Below are positions 7,874-17,329 of a stretch of 64,000 bases of DNA, one piece after another (the first letter of the stretch is position 1; every line of letters begins with the position of its first letter). Made by a program: the position numbers and the translations under genes. Under the pieces are notes generated by a model that made no database searches, was not told where the DNA came from, and saw only the letters and a list, made by a program, of their open reading frames with translations. The stretch is from Myxococcota bacterium (GTDB taxonomy: Bacteria > Myxococcota_A > Polyangia > Nannocystales > Nannocystaceae). The DNA lies in assembly GCA_039028615.1 (NCBI GenBank), contig JBCCHT010000001.1, positions 224,001 through 288,000 of the forward strand, in the 5' to 3' direction.

Positions 7874-10174
7874 ATGAGCAGCCCGGCTGAAACTGCCTCT
7901 TTGGGAGGCCCCGCGATCGAGCGCGTGGCCTATGCGGTGACCCTGCGCGGCGCTCCGGATCTCGACTGGCGCGTCCGTCGGTTCTGGCACACGGAGGCAA
8001 TCTCGCAGCCCTACGAGCTGGAGCTCGACCTGGTGGCGGGCATCCTCGAGCAGTTCGCCGACACGGACGAGCTGCTCGGCGCCGACGTGGGCATCGAGAT
8101 CCAGCGGGGCCCGCTCGTCCGGGCCGTCTCCGGCATCGTGCACCGGGTCTACGACGTGGGCGTCGAGGATGGCGAGCACCAGGTCTTGCGGATGACGGTG
8201 GTGCCTGCCTGGCACTACCTCGAGCAACATGTCGACTGCCGCATCTTCCAGGACATGACCGTCCCCGAGATCCTCGAGGCCGTGCTCGGCGAGGCGCTGG
8301 GGCTCTACGGGCGTAGCGTCGACGTATCGAAGCTGGGCGATTCCTACATCACTCGCGACTACTGCGTGCAGTACTCGGAGTCGGTGTTCGACTTCGCGAG
8401 CCGGCTGATGGAAGAAGAAGGCATCAGCTACGTGTTCCGCCCCGAGAGCGACGACGCGGATGCGGTCGAGCAGATGGTGCTCATCGATCACATCGAGGGG
8501 TCGCCCAATGCGTCGTTCGAAGACATCGAGGGCCTGTTCGAAGAAGAAGTCCAGGTGCGGTCCCACGAGCCCGACATCGCGCCCGAAGAGACGGTGCAGG
8601 CGCTGGCGTGGAGCATCGAGGAGCAGGTCAACCAGGTCGTCCTGCGCCGCTTCAACTGGAAGCGCCCGCTCGCCAGCCCTTCGATGGAGGCCGAGGCTTC
8701 GGTGGATGCCGTTCGCAGCCGTCGGCGGTCACTGTATGTGCCCGATGATCGCCGTCGCGTGACCGATCGCCGCGACGACGACGCCTACTCCGGCACCGAG
8801 GTTCACGAAGACGAGGACATGAGCGTCCGTCGTCGCTACGAGAAGAAGCTGGCCAACAGCGGCCGAGGACGGGGTGCGTCCAACCTCATCGGTATGATCC
8901 CGGGCGGCACCTTCACTCTCGGCGACCACGTCGATCCGATCGCTTCGGGTCAGCGACTGCTGGTGACGCGCGTCGTCCACACCGGTGAGGCCGACGATTT
9001 CGACGGCGGCGACGCGGCTCGGGTGACCTACTCGAACACCTTCGAGTGCATTCGGGCGGAGACTCCCTTCCGCCCCACGCTGTCCACCCCGCGCCCGCGC
9101 GTCCACGGCCCCCAGACGGCCTTCGTCACCGGGCCCGAGGGTCAGGAGATTCACACCGATCAGCACGGGCGGATCCAGGTGCGCTTCCACTGGGATCGCA
9201 GCCCCGCCAATGCAGGCGATACATCGTGCTGGATTCGCGTGGCGCAGACCTGGGCGGGGCCGAGCTGGGGTGCGTGGTTCCTGCCGCGGGTCGGTATGGA
9301 GGTCCTCGTCGAGTTCCTCGACGGCAACCCCGATCGCCCGCTGGTCACCGGCTGCGTCTACAACGGCGCCAACGCTCCCCCCTACCCGCTGCCCGACAAC
9401 AAGACCATCAGCACCATCAAGACCAACAGCAGCCCGGGCGGCACTGGCTTCAACGAGCTGCGCTTCGAGGACGCCAAGGGCAGCGAAGAGATCTTCATGC
9501 ACGCCCAGCGCAACCTCGCCGAGGTGGTGCTCGCCGATCGCAGCGCCGAAGTCGGCAACGACGACCGCGAGGTCGTCGGCAACGACAAGTCCATCGACGT
9601 CCAAGGCTTCCACCAGGAGGGCATCGGCAAGGACATGACGCTGCAGGTGGGCGCGAACCACAGCGCGTCCATCGGGGGCGACCACCAGCAGACCGTCTCC
9701 GGTAGCTCGTCCGAGTCGGTCAGCGGCACCGCCGACCTCACCATCGACGGGGCAGCCACCACCACGATGGGGGCGGACTACACGGAGAGCGTGGGGTCCA
9801 ACAAGAGCGTGAGCGTGGGCGGCGATTTCGAGACGCGCTGCGACGGGGCCGTCCGGCAGTTCGTCGAGCTGTCGACCACGCTGACCTCGGGCAAGGACGC
9901 GACCATCAAGACGTCCAAGTCGATGCTGCTCGAGGCCGAGGACCACATCAGCCACACGGCGCACAAGAAGATCAACGTGGTCGCGGGCGACAACCTCAAC
10001 ATGAAGACCGACAAGAAGGCGTTCATCGCCGCCGCCGAGGAGCTGACGCTCCAGGTCGGCGACGCGCAGATCGTCCTCAAGAGCAACGGCGACATCTCGA
10101 TCAACGGCGCCACGATCACCATCGATGGGAGCGGCGCCGTCTCGGTGCGCGGCTCGACGGTGGACCACAACTGA
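7874..10174 (+). CDS. vgrG: Type VI secretion system tip protein VgrG/TssI
   Basis: RIFQDMTVPEI, YCVQYSESVFDFASRLMEEEGISYVF, GPQTAFVTGPEGQEIHTDQHGRIQVRFHWD, LPRVGMEVLVEFLDGNPDRPLV, NELRFEDAKGSEEIFMHAQ, followed by gp5-like beta-helix repeats. Confidence 0.97.
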   Translation: MSSPAETASLGGPAIERVAYAVTLRGAPDLDWRVRRFWHTEAISQPYELELDLVAGILEQFADTDELLGADVGIEIQRGPLVRAVSGIVHRVYDVGVEDGEHQVLRMTVVPAWHYLEQHVDCRIFQDMTVPEILEAVLGEALGLYGRSVDVSKLGDSYITRDYCVQYSESVFDFASRLMEEEGISYVFRPESDDADAVEQMVLIDHIEGSPNASFEDIEGLFEEEVQVRSHEPDIAPEETVQALAWSIEEQVNQVVLRRFNWKRPLASPSMEAEASVDAVRSRRRSLYVPDDRRRVTDRRDDDAYSGTEVHEDEDMSVRRRYEKKLANSGRGRGASNLIGMIPGGTFTLGDHVDPIASGQRLLVTRVVHTGEADDFDGGDAARVTYSNTFECIRAETPFRPTLSTPRPRVHGPQTAFVTGPEGQEIHTDQHGRIQVRFHWDRSPANAGDTSCWIRVAQTWAGPSWGAWFLPRVGMEVLVEFLDGNPDRPLVTGCVYNGANAPPYPLPDNKTISTIKTNSSPGGTGFNELRFEDAKGSEEIFMHAQRNLAEVVLADRSAEVGNDDREVVGNDKSIDVQGFHQEGIGKDMTLQVGANHSASIGGDHQQTVSGSSSESVSGTADLTIDGAATTTMGADYTESVGSNKSVSVGGDFETRCDGAVRQFVELSTTLTSGKDATIKTSKSMLLEAEDHISHTAHKKINVVAGDNLNMKTDKKAFIAAAEELTLQVGDAQIVLKSNGDISINGATITIDGSGAVSVRGSTVDHN

Positions 10175-10197
10175 CCTCGGCTCCAGGAGCAGCAACG

Positions 10198-10698
10198 ATG
10201 GCGAAGCAAGCACAACACACGACCGGGGCCGACTCCGCCACCGTCGCCCGCAACGAGCCCTCTTCGCCCAACGTCGCCCCGAGTACGGGCCTGCGCGCGG
10301 CCGAGTTCATGGGGCTGTCGGCCGACGGCCACCCGCTGGTGCAGCCGACCCACGGCACGCAGACGCTCGAGGTCCGCACCACCATTCCGCTGACGACCGA
10401 GCACATCGGCGAGACCGTATTGCTCGCGACGGTCGATGGCTTCGATCACCCCGTCGTCACCGGCCGAGTCCTGCCGCCGAGCCCTCCGCCGACCACCGTC
10501 GCCCCCCCGGGCCCGGTCACCGTGCACGCCGATGGCCAGACGGTCGCGATCGAGGCCGAGCAGGAGCTCGTGCTTCGCTGCGGTGAAGCCAGCCTGGTGC
10601 TCCGCCGCGACGGCTTCGTCGAGCTGTGTGGCGTCGACGTCGTGAGTCGAGCCGAGCGAGGCAACTGGATCAAGGGCGGGAGCATCTCGCTCAACTAG
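10198..10698 (+). CDS. DUF6484-like T6SS-associated protein
   Basis: IEAEQELVLRCGEASLVLRRDGFVELCGVDVVSRAERGNWIKGGSISLN C-terminus. Follows vgrG. Confidence 0.8.
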   Translation: MAKQAQHTTGADSATVARNEPSSPNVAPSTGLRAAEFMGLSADGHPLVQPTHGTQTLEVRTTIPLTTEHIGETVLLATVDGFDHPVVTGRVLPPSPPPTTVAPPGPVTVHADGQTVAIEAEQELVLRCGEASLVLRRDGFVELCGVDVVSRAERGNWIKGGSISLN

Positions 10699-10710
10699 CG
10701 CTCGAGCCCG

Positions 10711-11832
10711 ATGGCGCACGCGAAGGAGAGTCGGAGCCCGCACGGCATCGCCACTGGAGGGCAGGCGCCCCCGCTGGCCGTGCTGCAGGTCGGGTGTGTG
10801 TCTCCGGTGGGCCTCGACGCCGAGCAAACGGCGGCGTCTTTGTGGGCCGGAGTGCCCCGCAAGCAGAGCACGCCGTTCGTGGACCGGCAGCGCCAACCGA
10901 TCGTGATGGGGCACCTGCCCGAGGCGGTGCTGCCTCCGCTGGTCGATGCTCTGCGCGAGCAACGAACTCCGCTCACCGCGCTGCAGCGACGGCTGCTTCG
11001 CCTCTGTGGCCCTGCATTGTTCGAGGTGCTCGAGACCTCGTTGGCCGCGGCCCCCGACTTCGCGCCCCCGCTGTGGCTCGCGGTTCCAGAGTCGACGCCC
11101 GATCATCCCGAGATCGCGGGCGGCCAGTTCATCGCGCAGGCCATGAAGCAAGCCGAGGTCAACCTCGACCTCGCCCATAGTCGCGTGTTCCCGTCGGGGC
11201 ACGCGGGCCTGTTCAGCGCCGTCCACCACGCGCAGCGGGAGATGACCGCCGCGGGTATCGAGCTGGCCGTGCTCGGTGGCGTCGACAGCTACTCCGATCC
11301 GATGCGCCTAGCTCGACTCGAAGCCGAGGGACGACTCCGCACCCGAGGCCCGCAGGATGCCTTCACCCCCGGGGAAGCGGCCGCGTTCCTGCTGGTCGCC
11401 ACCCAGCAGCTGTGTGCCCGCCACCAGCTCGAGCCCCTGGCGTGGATCGATGCCGTGGGCTTGGCGCAAGAGCCCGGGCATCGCTACAGCGAGCAACCGT
11501 ACCGAGCGGAAGGGCTCGCCGCCGCCTTCTCGCAGCTGTTCGACCGCCCTCCGTCTCCACCGATCGAGCTGGTGATGGCGGGCTTCAACGGCGAGAACAT
11601 GCACGCCAAGGAGTGGGGTGTCGCGTACCTTCGCAGTCGTGAGCACTTCTCCGCGTCCCTTCGCATCGAGCATTCCGCCGAGTACATCGGAGACGCGGGC
11701 GCCGCGTTGGCGCCCGTGATGGCCAGCATCGTCGTCCGTGCCGCGCACGACGGTCGCCTCCCCGGCCCCACGCTGGTGTGGGGCTCCTCCGATCACGAAG
11801 CCCGTGGAGCGCTGTTGCTCCGCGCCGCCTGA
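10711..11832 (+). CDS. T6SS-associated beta-ketoacyl-synthase/thiolase-like protein
   Basis: VGCVSPVGLDA, GGVDSY, FTPGEAAAFLL, FNGE, IGDAGAA. Usual position beside DUF4150. Confidence 0.85.
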   Translation: MAHAKESRSPHGIATGGQAPPLAVLQVGCVSPVGLDAEQTAASLWAGVPRKQSTPFVDRQRQPIVMGHLPEAVLPPLVDALREQRTPLTALQRRLLRLCGPALFEVLETSLAAAPDFAPPLWLAVPESTPDHPEIAGGQFIAQAMKQAEVNLDLAHSRVFPSGHAGLFSAVHHAQREMTAAGIELAVLGGVDSYSDPMRLARLEAEGRLRTRGPQDAFTPGEAAAFLLVATQQLCARHQLEPLAWIDAVGLAQEPGHRYSEQPYRAEGLAAAFSQLFDRPPSPPIELVMAGFNGENMHAKEWGVAYLRSREHFSASLRIEHSAEYIGDAGAALAPVMASIVVRAAHDGRLPGPTLVWGSSDHEARGALLLRAA

Positions 11833-11877
11833 TCCGCCGATACTCGACTGACCCCGCCCCCGGAGAACTGCTCGAAG

Positions 11878-12258
11878 ATGGCCCAGAAAACCTTCGCGAA
11901 CGGTCGAGGCATCGCCCACGGGGGCAGCGGCGGCATGAGCATCGTGTTTCCCGACGTCTGCAACACGCCGACCTCCACCGGGCCGGTCCCCATCCCCTAC
12001 CCCAACATCGGGAACTCCGCCGACGCCACGGGAGGCCCCTCCGCCGCGCGATGCGACGGTGAGATGCCCATGGTCAAGGGCGCCACCTACGGGAAGTCTT
12101 CAGGCGACGAAGCGGGCTCGGCGGGCGGGCTCGTCAGCGGGATGAACACGGGCGAGGCCGAGTTCATGCTGTATTCGTTCGACGTGCGCATCGAAGGCGC
12201 GAACGTGTGTCGACTCGGCGACCCGCTGTTCCACAACGGCAAGAACACGATGGGCTAG
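11878..12258 (+). CDS. PAAR-like DUF4150 protein without toxin extension
   Basis: FPDVCNTP...GPVPIPYPNIG, SSGDEAG, SFDVRIEGANVCRLGD. Confidence 0.92.
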   Translation: MAQKTFANGRGIAHGGSGGMSIVFPDVCNTPTSTGPVPIPYPNIGNSADATGGPSAARCDGEMPMVKGATYGKSSGDEAGSAGGLVSGMNTGEAEFMLYSFDVRIEGANVCRLGDPLFHNGKNTMG

Positions 12259-12268
12259 GAGCGGGCTC

Positions 12269-12847
12269 GTGGCAGAGCAACGCTGGATCTGGGGCACGAG
12301 CCCCACGAACGAGCAGCAGGAGCGGCTCGACGATGCGCCCCTCGAAGTGGTCACCCACGGCTTCGCCTTCGACGAGGGCGTGCTGATCACGGACGAGATT
12401 CCCACGCTCACCATCCGCCGCAACGCCGCTACCGTCGGAGATCCAGCCGACTACCTGATGGTCCCCGGCGCGCGAGGGTTTCTGGTCTCGCCTCGGCTGC
12501 GGGCCGTGCTCGACTCCCGCGCGGTCGACAACATCCAGTACTTCCCGGTTCGACTCGAGACCCCGGCGGAACGCTCCGTGCGAGAGGACTATGCGATCGC
12601 CAACCTCGTGGGTCGCGTGCGATGCATCGACATCCGGGGCTCCGAGCTCAGCATGGATCCGACGCACCCGCGGGAGATCATGTTCGCCGATTCGCTGGCG
12701 CTGCGCCCCGATCTGCCGGACCTGCCCATGTTTCGCGCAGCCGAGTCGGCCCGCGTCATCGTGGTGACCGAGGACCTCCAGGCAGCGTGCAGTGCCGCCG
12801 GGATTCGGGGCCTCGAGTTCAGCCGCCCCGCCGAGACCACGCTTTGA
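12269..12847 (+). CDS. Imm11/DUF1629-like immunity protein
   Basis: FLVSPRLRAVL, IQYFPVRL, YAIANLVGRVRCID, MFR...IVVTEDLQAACSAAGIRGLEF pattern. Confidence 0.7.
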   Translation: MAEQRWIWGTSPTNEQQERLDDAPLEVVTHGFAFDEGVLITDEIPTLTIRRNAATVGDPADYLMVPGARGFLVSPRLRAVLDSRAVDNIQYFPVRLETPAERSVREDYAIANLVGRVRCIDIRGSELSMDPTHPREIMFADSLALRPDLPDLPMFRAAESARVIVVTEDLQAACSAAGIRGLEFSRPAETTL

Positions 12848-12862
12848 GCCTCGCGGAAGGCT

Positions 12863-14176
12863 TCAGCGCCGCCGCGCCCAATCGCCGGCCGAGCCCGAGG
12901 TGATCGGGAACATCGCGCGGGCGCGTTGCTGCTGACACTGGAGCAGCCCCGGCCATGCCGGCACATGGGCGCCGTAGCGGATGTCCAGCTCTTCGAGCAT
13001 CCAGCCGCGGATCTCGGCTCGATCGTCGGTGCGCGCCACCGCCTGGAGGACCCGCGTGGGCTCGATGGCCACGCCATGGCGTACTCTCGTCGTCCCGGCG
13101 GGTCGCGGGCGACCTCCCCAGTCGGCGATCCACTCGCTCCATACCTGCCGCTCACGCGACAGCCGGGCAACGAGCAGCGCTGGTCGACGCTCGTCATCAT
13201 TCCCGGGCTCCGCCTTGGGATCGCGGGCATGGGCCTCTTCGCGCAGCGGAGCGCCCGTGAGCAGGAACAGGGCCTCGGCCGCTGCCGCGCCGCACTGCTC
13301 GTCACCCAGCAGGTCCAGCAAGGGCTCGATGGCATGCTGTGCACCGAACAAGCCCAATGCGATCGCTCGATCCGGCGTCGGCTCGGCGAGCACGCCGTCG
13401 CGAAGCCGAGTCCATTGCTCGGTGCCCGCCGCCAACGCCAGAGGAACCGCCGCCCACTCTTCGGCCGCCACGACGTGGGACAGGTAGCGAACCACCGCCT
13501 CGGGCTCGAAGCGCAGGGCTGCGATCGCGGCTGCCCGACGCACCGCCCCGTCCTCCGGCTCCTGAATGAGCGCCTCCAACTCCGGCACCGCGTCCGCCGT
13601 GCGCAGCGCTCCCGTGGCCCACGCGATGGCCTCCAGGTCGCCGACACGATCCTCGAGCACGCCGACCAACGAGTCGCCCACCGGCCACCCTCGCATCCCG
13701 GCCACCCGAGCGAGAGGCCCCAACGCCTGCTCCGGCGCGGACTCATCGTCGAGGATCGCCCCGACCAACTCTCGCCAAGAATCGGGGGCATCCCACGCGA
13801 GGGCATCGACCACCGCCTGCGCATGCCGGGGCCGGCTCCAGTCGAGCTGCTCGACCCACTCGTTGAAGCGCCGCGCCCAGTCCATGCGCGCCACGATGCG
13901 CAGACCGACCGCCAGCTCCCCCACCCGGTTGCCGCCGATGCGCTCGTCGCAGTCTTCCACGACCAGCGCCCCTCCGCGGCACAACGCTTCCACGTGGGCA
14001 TCAGCACGGGCTTCCACGCCACTCCAGGCGTCCGCGTCGAGCAAAGCGCCTTGCTCGTGCATCACCCCTCGCCGGGTGTAGGCCCACGATGCCTCGCGCC
14101 AGTGGTGGTCGAGCAGGCTTCGCGCAAATGCAGCGGCCGCGGGCGGAAAGCGGGACAGAGTGCGTTCGAGCGGCAT
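12863..14176 (-). CDS. TIGR02270-family HEAT-repeat-like T6SS-associated protein
   Basis: HHWREASWAY...EARADAHVEAL N-terminus, AAEALFLLTG, RVRHG, CQQQRA. Directly downstream of DUF2169. Start at ATG 14176. Confidence 0.75.
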   Translation of the reverse strand: MPLERTLSRFPPAAAAFARSLLDHHWREASWAYTRRGVMHEQGALLDADAWSGVEARADAHVEALCRGGALVVEDCDERIGGNRVGELAVGLRIVARMDWARRFNEWVEQLDWSRPRHAQAVVDALAWDAPDSWRELVGAILDDESAPEQALGPLARVAGMRGWPVGDSLVGVLEDRVGDLEAIAWATGALRTADAVPELEALIQEPEDGAVRRAAAIAALRFEPEAVVRYLSHVVAAEEWAAVPLALAAGTEQWTRLRDGVLAEPTPDRAIALGLFGAQHAIEPLLDLLGDEQCGAAAAEALFLLTGAPLREEAHARDPKAEPGNDDERRPALLVARLSRERQVWSEWIADWGGRPRPAGTTRVRHGVAIEPTRVLQAVARTDDRAEIRGWMLEELDIRYGAHVPAWPGLLQCQQQRARAMFPITSGSAGDWARRR

Positions 14177-14181
14177 GGTCT

Positions 14182-15201
14182 TCACGCTCCCGGCGGTGCC
14201 TGCTCGATCCGCACCGTGCGGACGTCGAGCAGCTTCTTGTCCACGGTCAGGATTCCCCGCCAGGTCATGGTGAAGCACTCGTCGTTGGGCTCGAGCACCA
14301 CCGTATCGAGCGAGACGGGCACCGCCTGCTCGGACCGAGCCCACTCGACGACGACCGCGGGCCGCTGCTGCGGAAGGGCGAACTGCAGCACGCCGCGGGG
14401 ATGAAAACCCCGGACCACGACCGGCTCGCCTCCTTGGAGCGGCTGCGGAAACGCCAGGCCTTCGGGCGCCATGTGGAAGAACCGAGGGTCGAAGTCGCGG
14501 GGCAAGTATGGCGCCCGCTTCTTTTGCCACGCGTCGTCGTAGGTCCCCGCGTACTGCAGCCGCGGCAGCCACGAGGGCGCCACCGGACCAAAGCCCGCCA
14601 CGGTTCCGGTTGGCCCGGGCGTCTCCACCGGATCCTGGATGTCCTCGATGTTGGGCACGGGCTGGCCCAAGGCCGCGCGATCGGATCGTCGACGGTAGAA
14701 CCCGACCCCGACCGGATTGCGCTGCTCGCCCGCGACGACCTCGCCCGTAGGTCCCCGCTCCAAGCCCCCGAAGGCACGCTCGAAGACGACCGGCATGCGC
14801 ATGAAAGGCTCGGCCCGACTCGGTCGAAGGCCACGAACGCCCTCCGTCCAGTGGCGGTCACCGTGGACGCGTGCCGCCTTGCCGCGCCCCGCCACGCTCA
14901 CCGCCACATCGAGCTGGGGCACCGGCCGCTGCTCGGGGGCACAGGCATCCCCGACCACGATCACGTCGGTGCCCGGCTTGGGCAGGTGCGCCTCCGTGGA
15001 CGCGCGCAGGCTCGACGCCCCCGCCTCACCCACATACTCGTCGGCCAGCACGATGGGCCGAGGCTCCTCCGCCAGGTCAACCTGCCCGCCGCGGATCTGA
15101 AAGGTCCCCTTGACCACGATCACGAGCGAATCGACGCCATCGGCATCCGGCAGCCCGAAGATCTGCGCGGCAAACGGCGACGTGTCGTTCAGCTGGAGCA
15201 C
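14182..15201 (-). CDS. DUF2169 T6SS accessory/adaptor protein
   Basis: IVVKGTF, KPGTDVIVVG, VHGDRHW, FERAFGG, NPVGVG, FGPVAPSWLPRLQYAGTYDDAW, PRDFDPRFF, LDTVVLEP. Confidence 0.93.
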   Translation of the reverse strand: MLQLNDTSPFAAQIFGLPDADGVDSLVIVVKGTFQIRGGQVDLAEEPRPIVLADEYVGEAGASSLRASTEAHLPKPGTDVIVVGDACAPEQRPVPQLDVAVSVAGRGKAARVHGDRHWTEGVRGLRPSRAEPFMRMPVVFERAFGGLERGPTGEVVAGEQRNPVGVGFYRRRSDRAALGQPVPNIEDIQDPVETPGPTGTVAGFGPVAPSWLPRLQYAGTYDDAWQKKRAPYLPRDFDPRFFHMAPEGLAFPQPLQGGEPVVVRGFHPRGVLQFALPQQRPAVVVEWARSEQAVPVSLDTVVLEPNDECFTMTWRGILTVDKKLLDVRTVRIEQAPPGA

Positions 15202-15324
15202 GGGTCTCGGCCCGTCGAATCTACTCCTCGCGCCATGCTCCGCTCAAGCGCGAGCCTGCGGTGAAAGCCCAGGCCGCCCCTTGATCTCCCGTGAGCCAAT
15301 CGCCACGATGTTAGCTGCTCTTCC

Positions 15325-17301
15325 ATGCCCGTCGAGCATCAGCCACCACCCGGATTCGTAGACCTGAGAGGCCAGCGGTTCCGCGACCGCCATGCCATCA
15401 CCGAGGTCGTCGGCGCGGGCGACTTTCACGTCGTGTTCGGCGGTCGCGATGAAGAGCGAGACCGCGACGTGGTGCTCCAGGTGATGCAGCCGCCCCGGCT
15501 CCAAGATCCGAAGACGGTGGAGCGATTCGAGCGCAGGCGGAGTGCCGCCCAGCGGGTGAACCATCCCCGGGTCGTCCGTCCGCACGACGGCGGTGAGCTG
15601 TTCGACGGCAAGCTCTTCGCGGCCTCGGACCGGCCGCCGGGGGTCCCGCTCGACGTCCACCTCGGCACGATCGAAGGTGGGGTCGTGCCATGGGCCCTGG
15701 CTCGCCCCTTGCTGCTCGACCTCATGGGCGGACTGCTCGCGATTCACCGCCGCAAGCTCGTGCACGGTCGCATTCGGCCGGGGTGCTGCTGGGTGGAGCC
15801 GCGTACCGGCGCTGCGCCGCGGCTGCGACTGCTCGATCTGGGCTTCAACGTCAGCCCCGAAGACCACGAGGACATCGAGGCACGCACGGGGACCTCCGCC
15901 CTCGGCAACGACGCACTCTACATGGCGCCGGAGTCGATCACCGGGCAGCTGGGGCCGCCCGCGGGCGACGTGTACCTCGCGGGGCTCGTAGCGTACACGC
16001 TCCTGTCGGGTCGCCCTCCCTTTCACGGCGCCAACTCGTTTCGCCTCGCGTCGATGCACCTGAACTCGGAGCCCGCAAAGTTGAGCGAGCGGGCCGAGGG
16101 TGTCGACGAGCAAGTCGCCGAGCTCGTGGCGCGCATGCTCGCCAAGGCCCCCGAAGATCGCCCTGCCCCGCAGGAGGTCATCGATTTCCTCGAGGCCAAG
16201 AAGGACGACGCCGAACCGCCGCCCGAGCTGCTGGTGGGAGGTGAAGGTCGAGGTCGCCGCGGACGGGGTCGAGGTCGCGGGCAAGGCCGACGCGAGCGAG
16301 CGGCAGCAGCGGGCCGCAGTGGCTCTTCACGAGACCGCATCGCCGCTCGACTCGGCGAAGAGGCGCCCAAACCTGCTTCGCGCGAAGCAGCGGTCGACCA
16401 AGCACCTGCACCCGAGACGCCGGACTCGGGCCCTTCGCGCGCCTCGACTCCGCCCTCGCCCGCCCCCCTGACTTCGGCGGTGCCCACTCCCGCCGCTCCG
16501 GCTCCATCGACGCCTGCCCCAGCCCCCGTCGCTCGACCTGCGCCCACTCCCGTTCCTCCCGCCGTCGCGCCGACGCCTGTGGCCAGGCCCGCCCCGGCAA
16601 CTCCCGCGCGAGCCCCGGTCGCGCCAGCGCCGAAACCTGCTCCCGTTGCCCCCACGGCCACTCCCGCGCCTGTTCGTCCGGCTGCGGTCCCCCCCTCGCC
16701 ACCGGTCGCGACACCTCCGCCCGCCGTCCCCGCGGAGGCGATTGCGAGCCCGCCATTGGCCAGCCCGCCTGGCGTCACGCCGCCCGCCCAGGCAACCGCG
16801 TCACCCGATGACAATGCAGCCACCGAGCTCATCGACGTACACGCGCTCAGGAAGCCAGCGAGCCCTGCCCCTGCGCCCCGCAACGAAGCCGACGCGGCGG
16901 CTGCGACGGAGAGCGGCACGACCCTGTTCAGCCGCGAGGACTTCCGAGCCGCTCTGACCAGTGAAGCCGGCCCCGCCGACGCTCCTGCTCCGCCGCCCGC
17001 CCCTGCCCCGGTCGCCCCGAATCCGCCCGGAGAACAGCCCACCTCGGTGCTCGATCTCCAACAGATGAACTTTGCTCCGCCCGCCGCCGAGCCACGACCC
17101 GCCGCGCCGATTCAGCCGAACGTGGCCCCGGCTGCCCCCGCCGTGGGCATGCCTGCCGCCCCGGCGGCGCCGATGCAGCCCCCGCCTCCCGCCGCAAACG
17201 TGCACAGCCCCGCGCCTGGAGGCTCCCGCGTCGGCCTCATCATCGCGGGTGTCTTGGTGCTCGTAGCAGCGATCGCCGCCGGGCTATTCCTCGCCCAGTA
17301 G
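15325..17301 (+). CDS. Ser/Thr kinase-like protein (probable pseudokinase) with Pro/Ala-rich linker and C-terminal TM helix
   Basis: Hanks fold recognisable (YMAPES, DVYLAG, GRPPF, DRP), but VAIK reads VVLQ and HRD reads HGR. Confidence 0.8.
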   Translation: MPVEHQPPPGFVDLRGQRFRDRHAITEVVGAGDFHVVFGGRDEERDRDVVLQVMQPPRLQDPKTVERFERRRSAAQRVNHPRVVRPHDGGELFDGKLFAASDRPPGVPLDVHLGTIEGGVVPWALARPLLLDLMGGLLAIHRRKLVHGRIRPGCCWVEPRTGAAPRLRLLDLGFNVSPEDHEDIEARTGTSALGNDALYMAPESITGQLGPPAGDVYLAGLVAYTLLSGRPPFHGANSFRLASMHLNSEPAKLSERAEGVDEQVAELVARMLAKAPEDRPAPQEVIDFLEAKKDDAEPPPELLVGGEGRGRRGRGRGRGQGRRERAAAAGRSGSSRDRIAARLGEEAPKPASREAAVDQAPAPETPDSGPSRASTPPSPAPLTSAVPTPAAPAPSTPAPAPVARPAPTPVPPAVAPTPVARPAPATPARAPVAPAPKPAPVAPTATPAPVRPAAVPPSPPVATPPPAVPAEAIASPPLASPPGVTPPAQATASPDDNAATELIDVHALRKPASPAPAPRNEADAAAATESGTTLFSREDFRAALTSEAGPADAPAPPPAPAPVAPNPPGEQPTSVLDLQQMNFAPPAAEPRPAAPIQPNVAPAAPAVGMPAAPAAPMQPPPPAANVHSPAPGGSRVGLIIAGVLVLVAAIAAGLFLAQ

Positions 17302-17329
17302 CACCAGACGAGGACCGTTCCGCGTCGCT

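Noticed and set aside
16380..17220. Repetitive GC-rich tracts (also 20500-20600 and 21350-21570) as DNA repeats or CRISPR
   Set aside because: They encode Pro/Ala/Glu linkers inside genes. No constant repeat-spacer array or cas genes were seen in the window.
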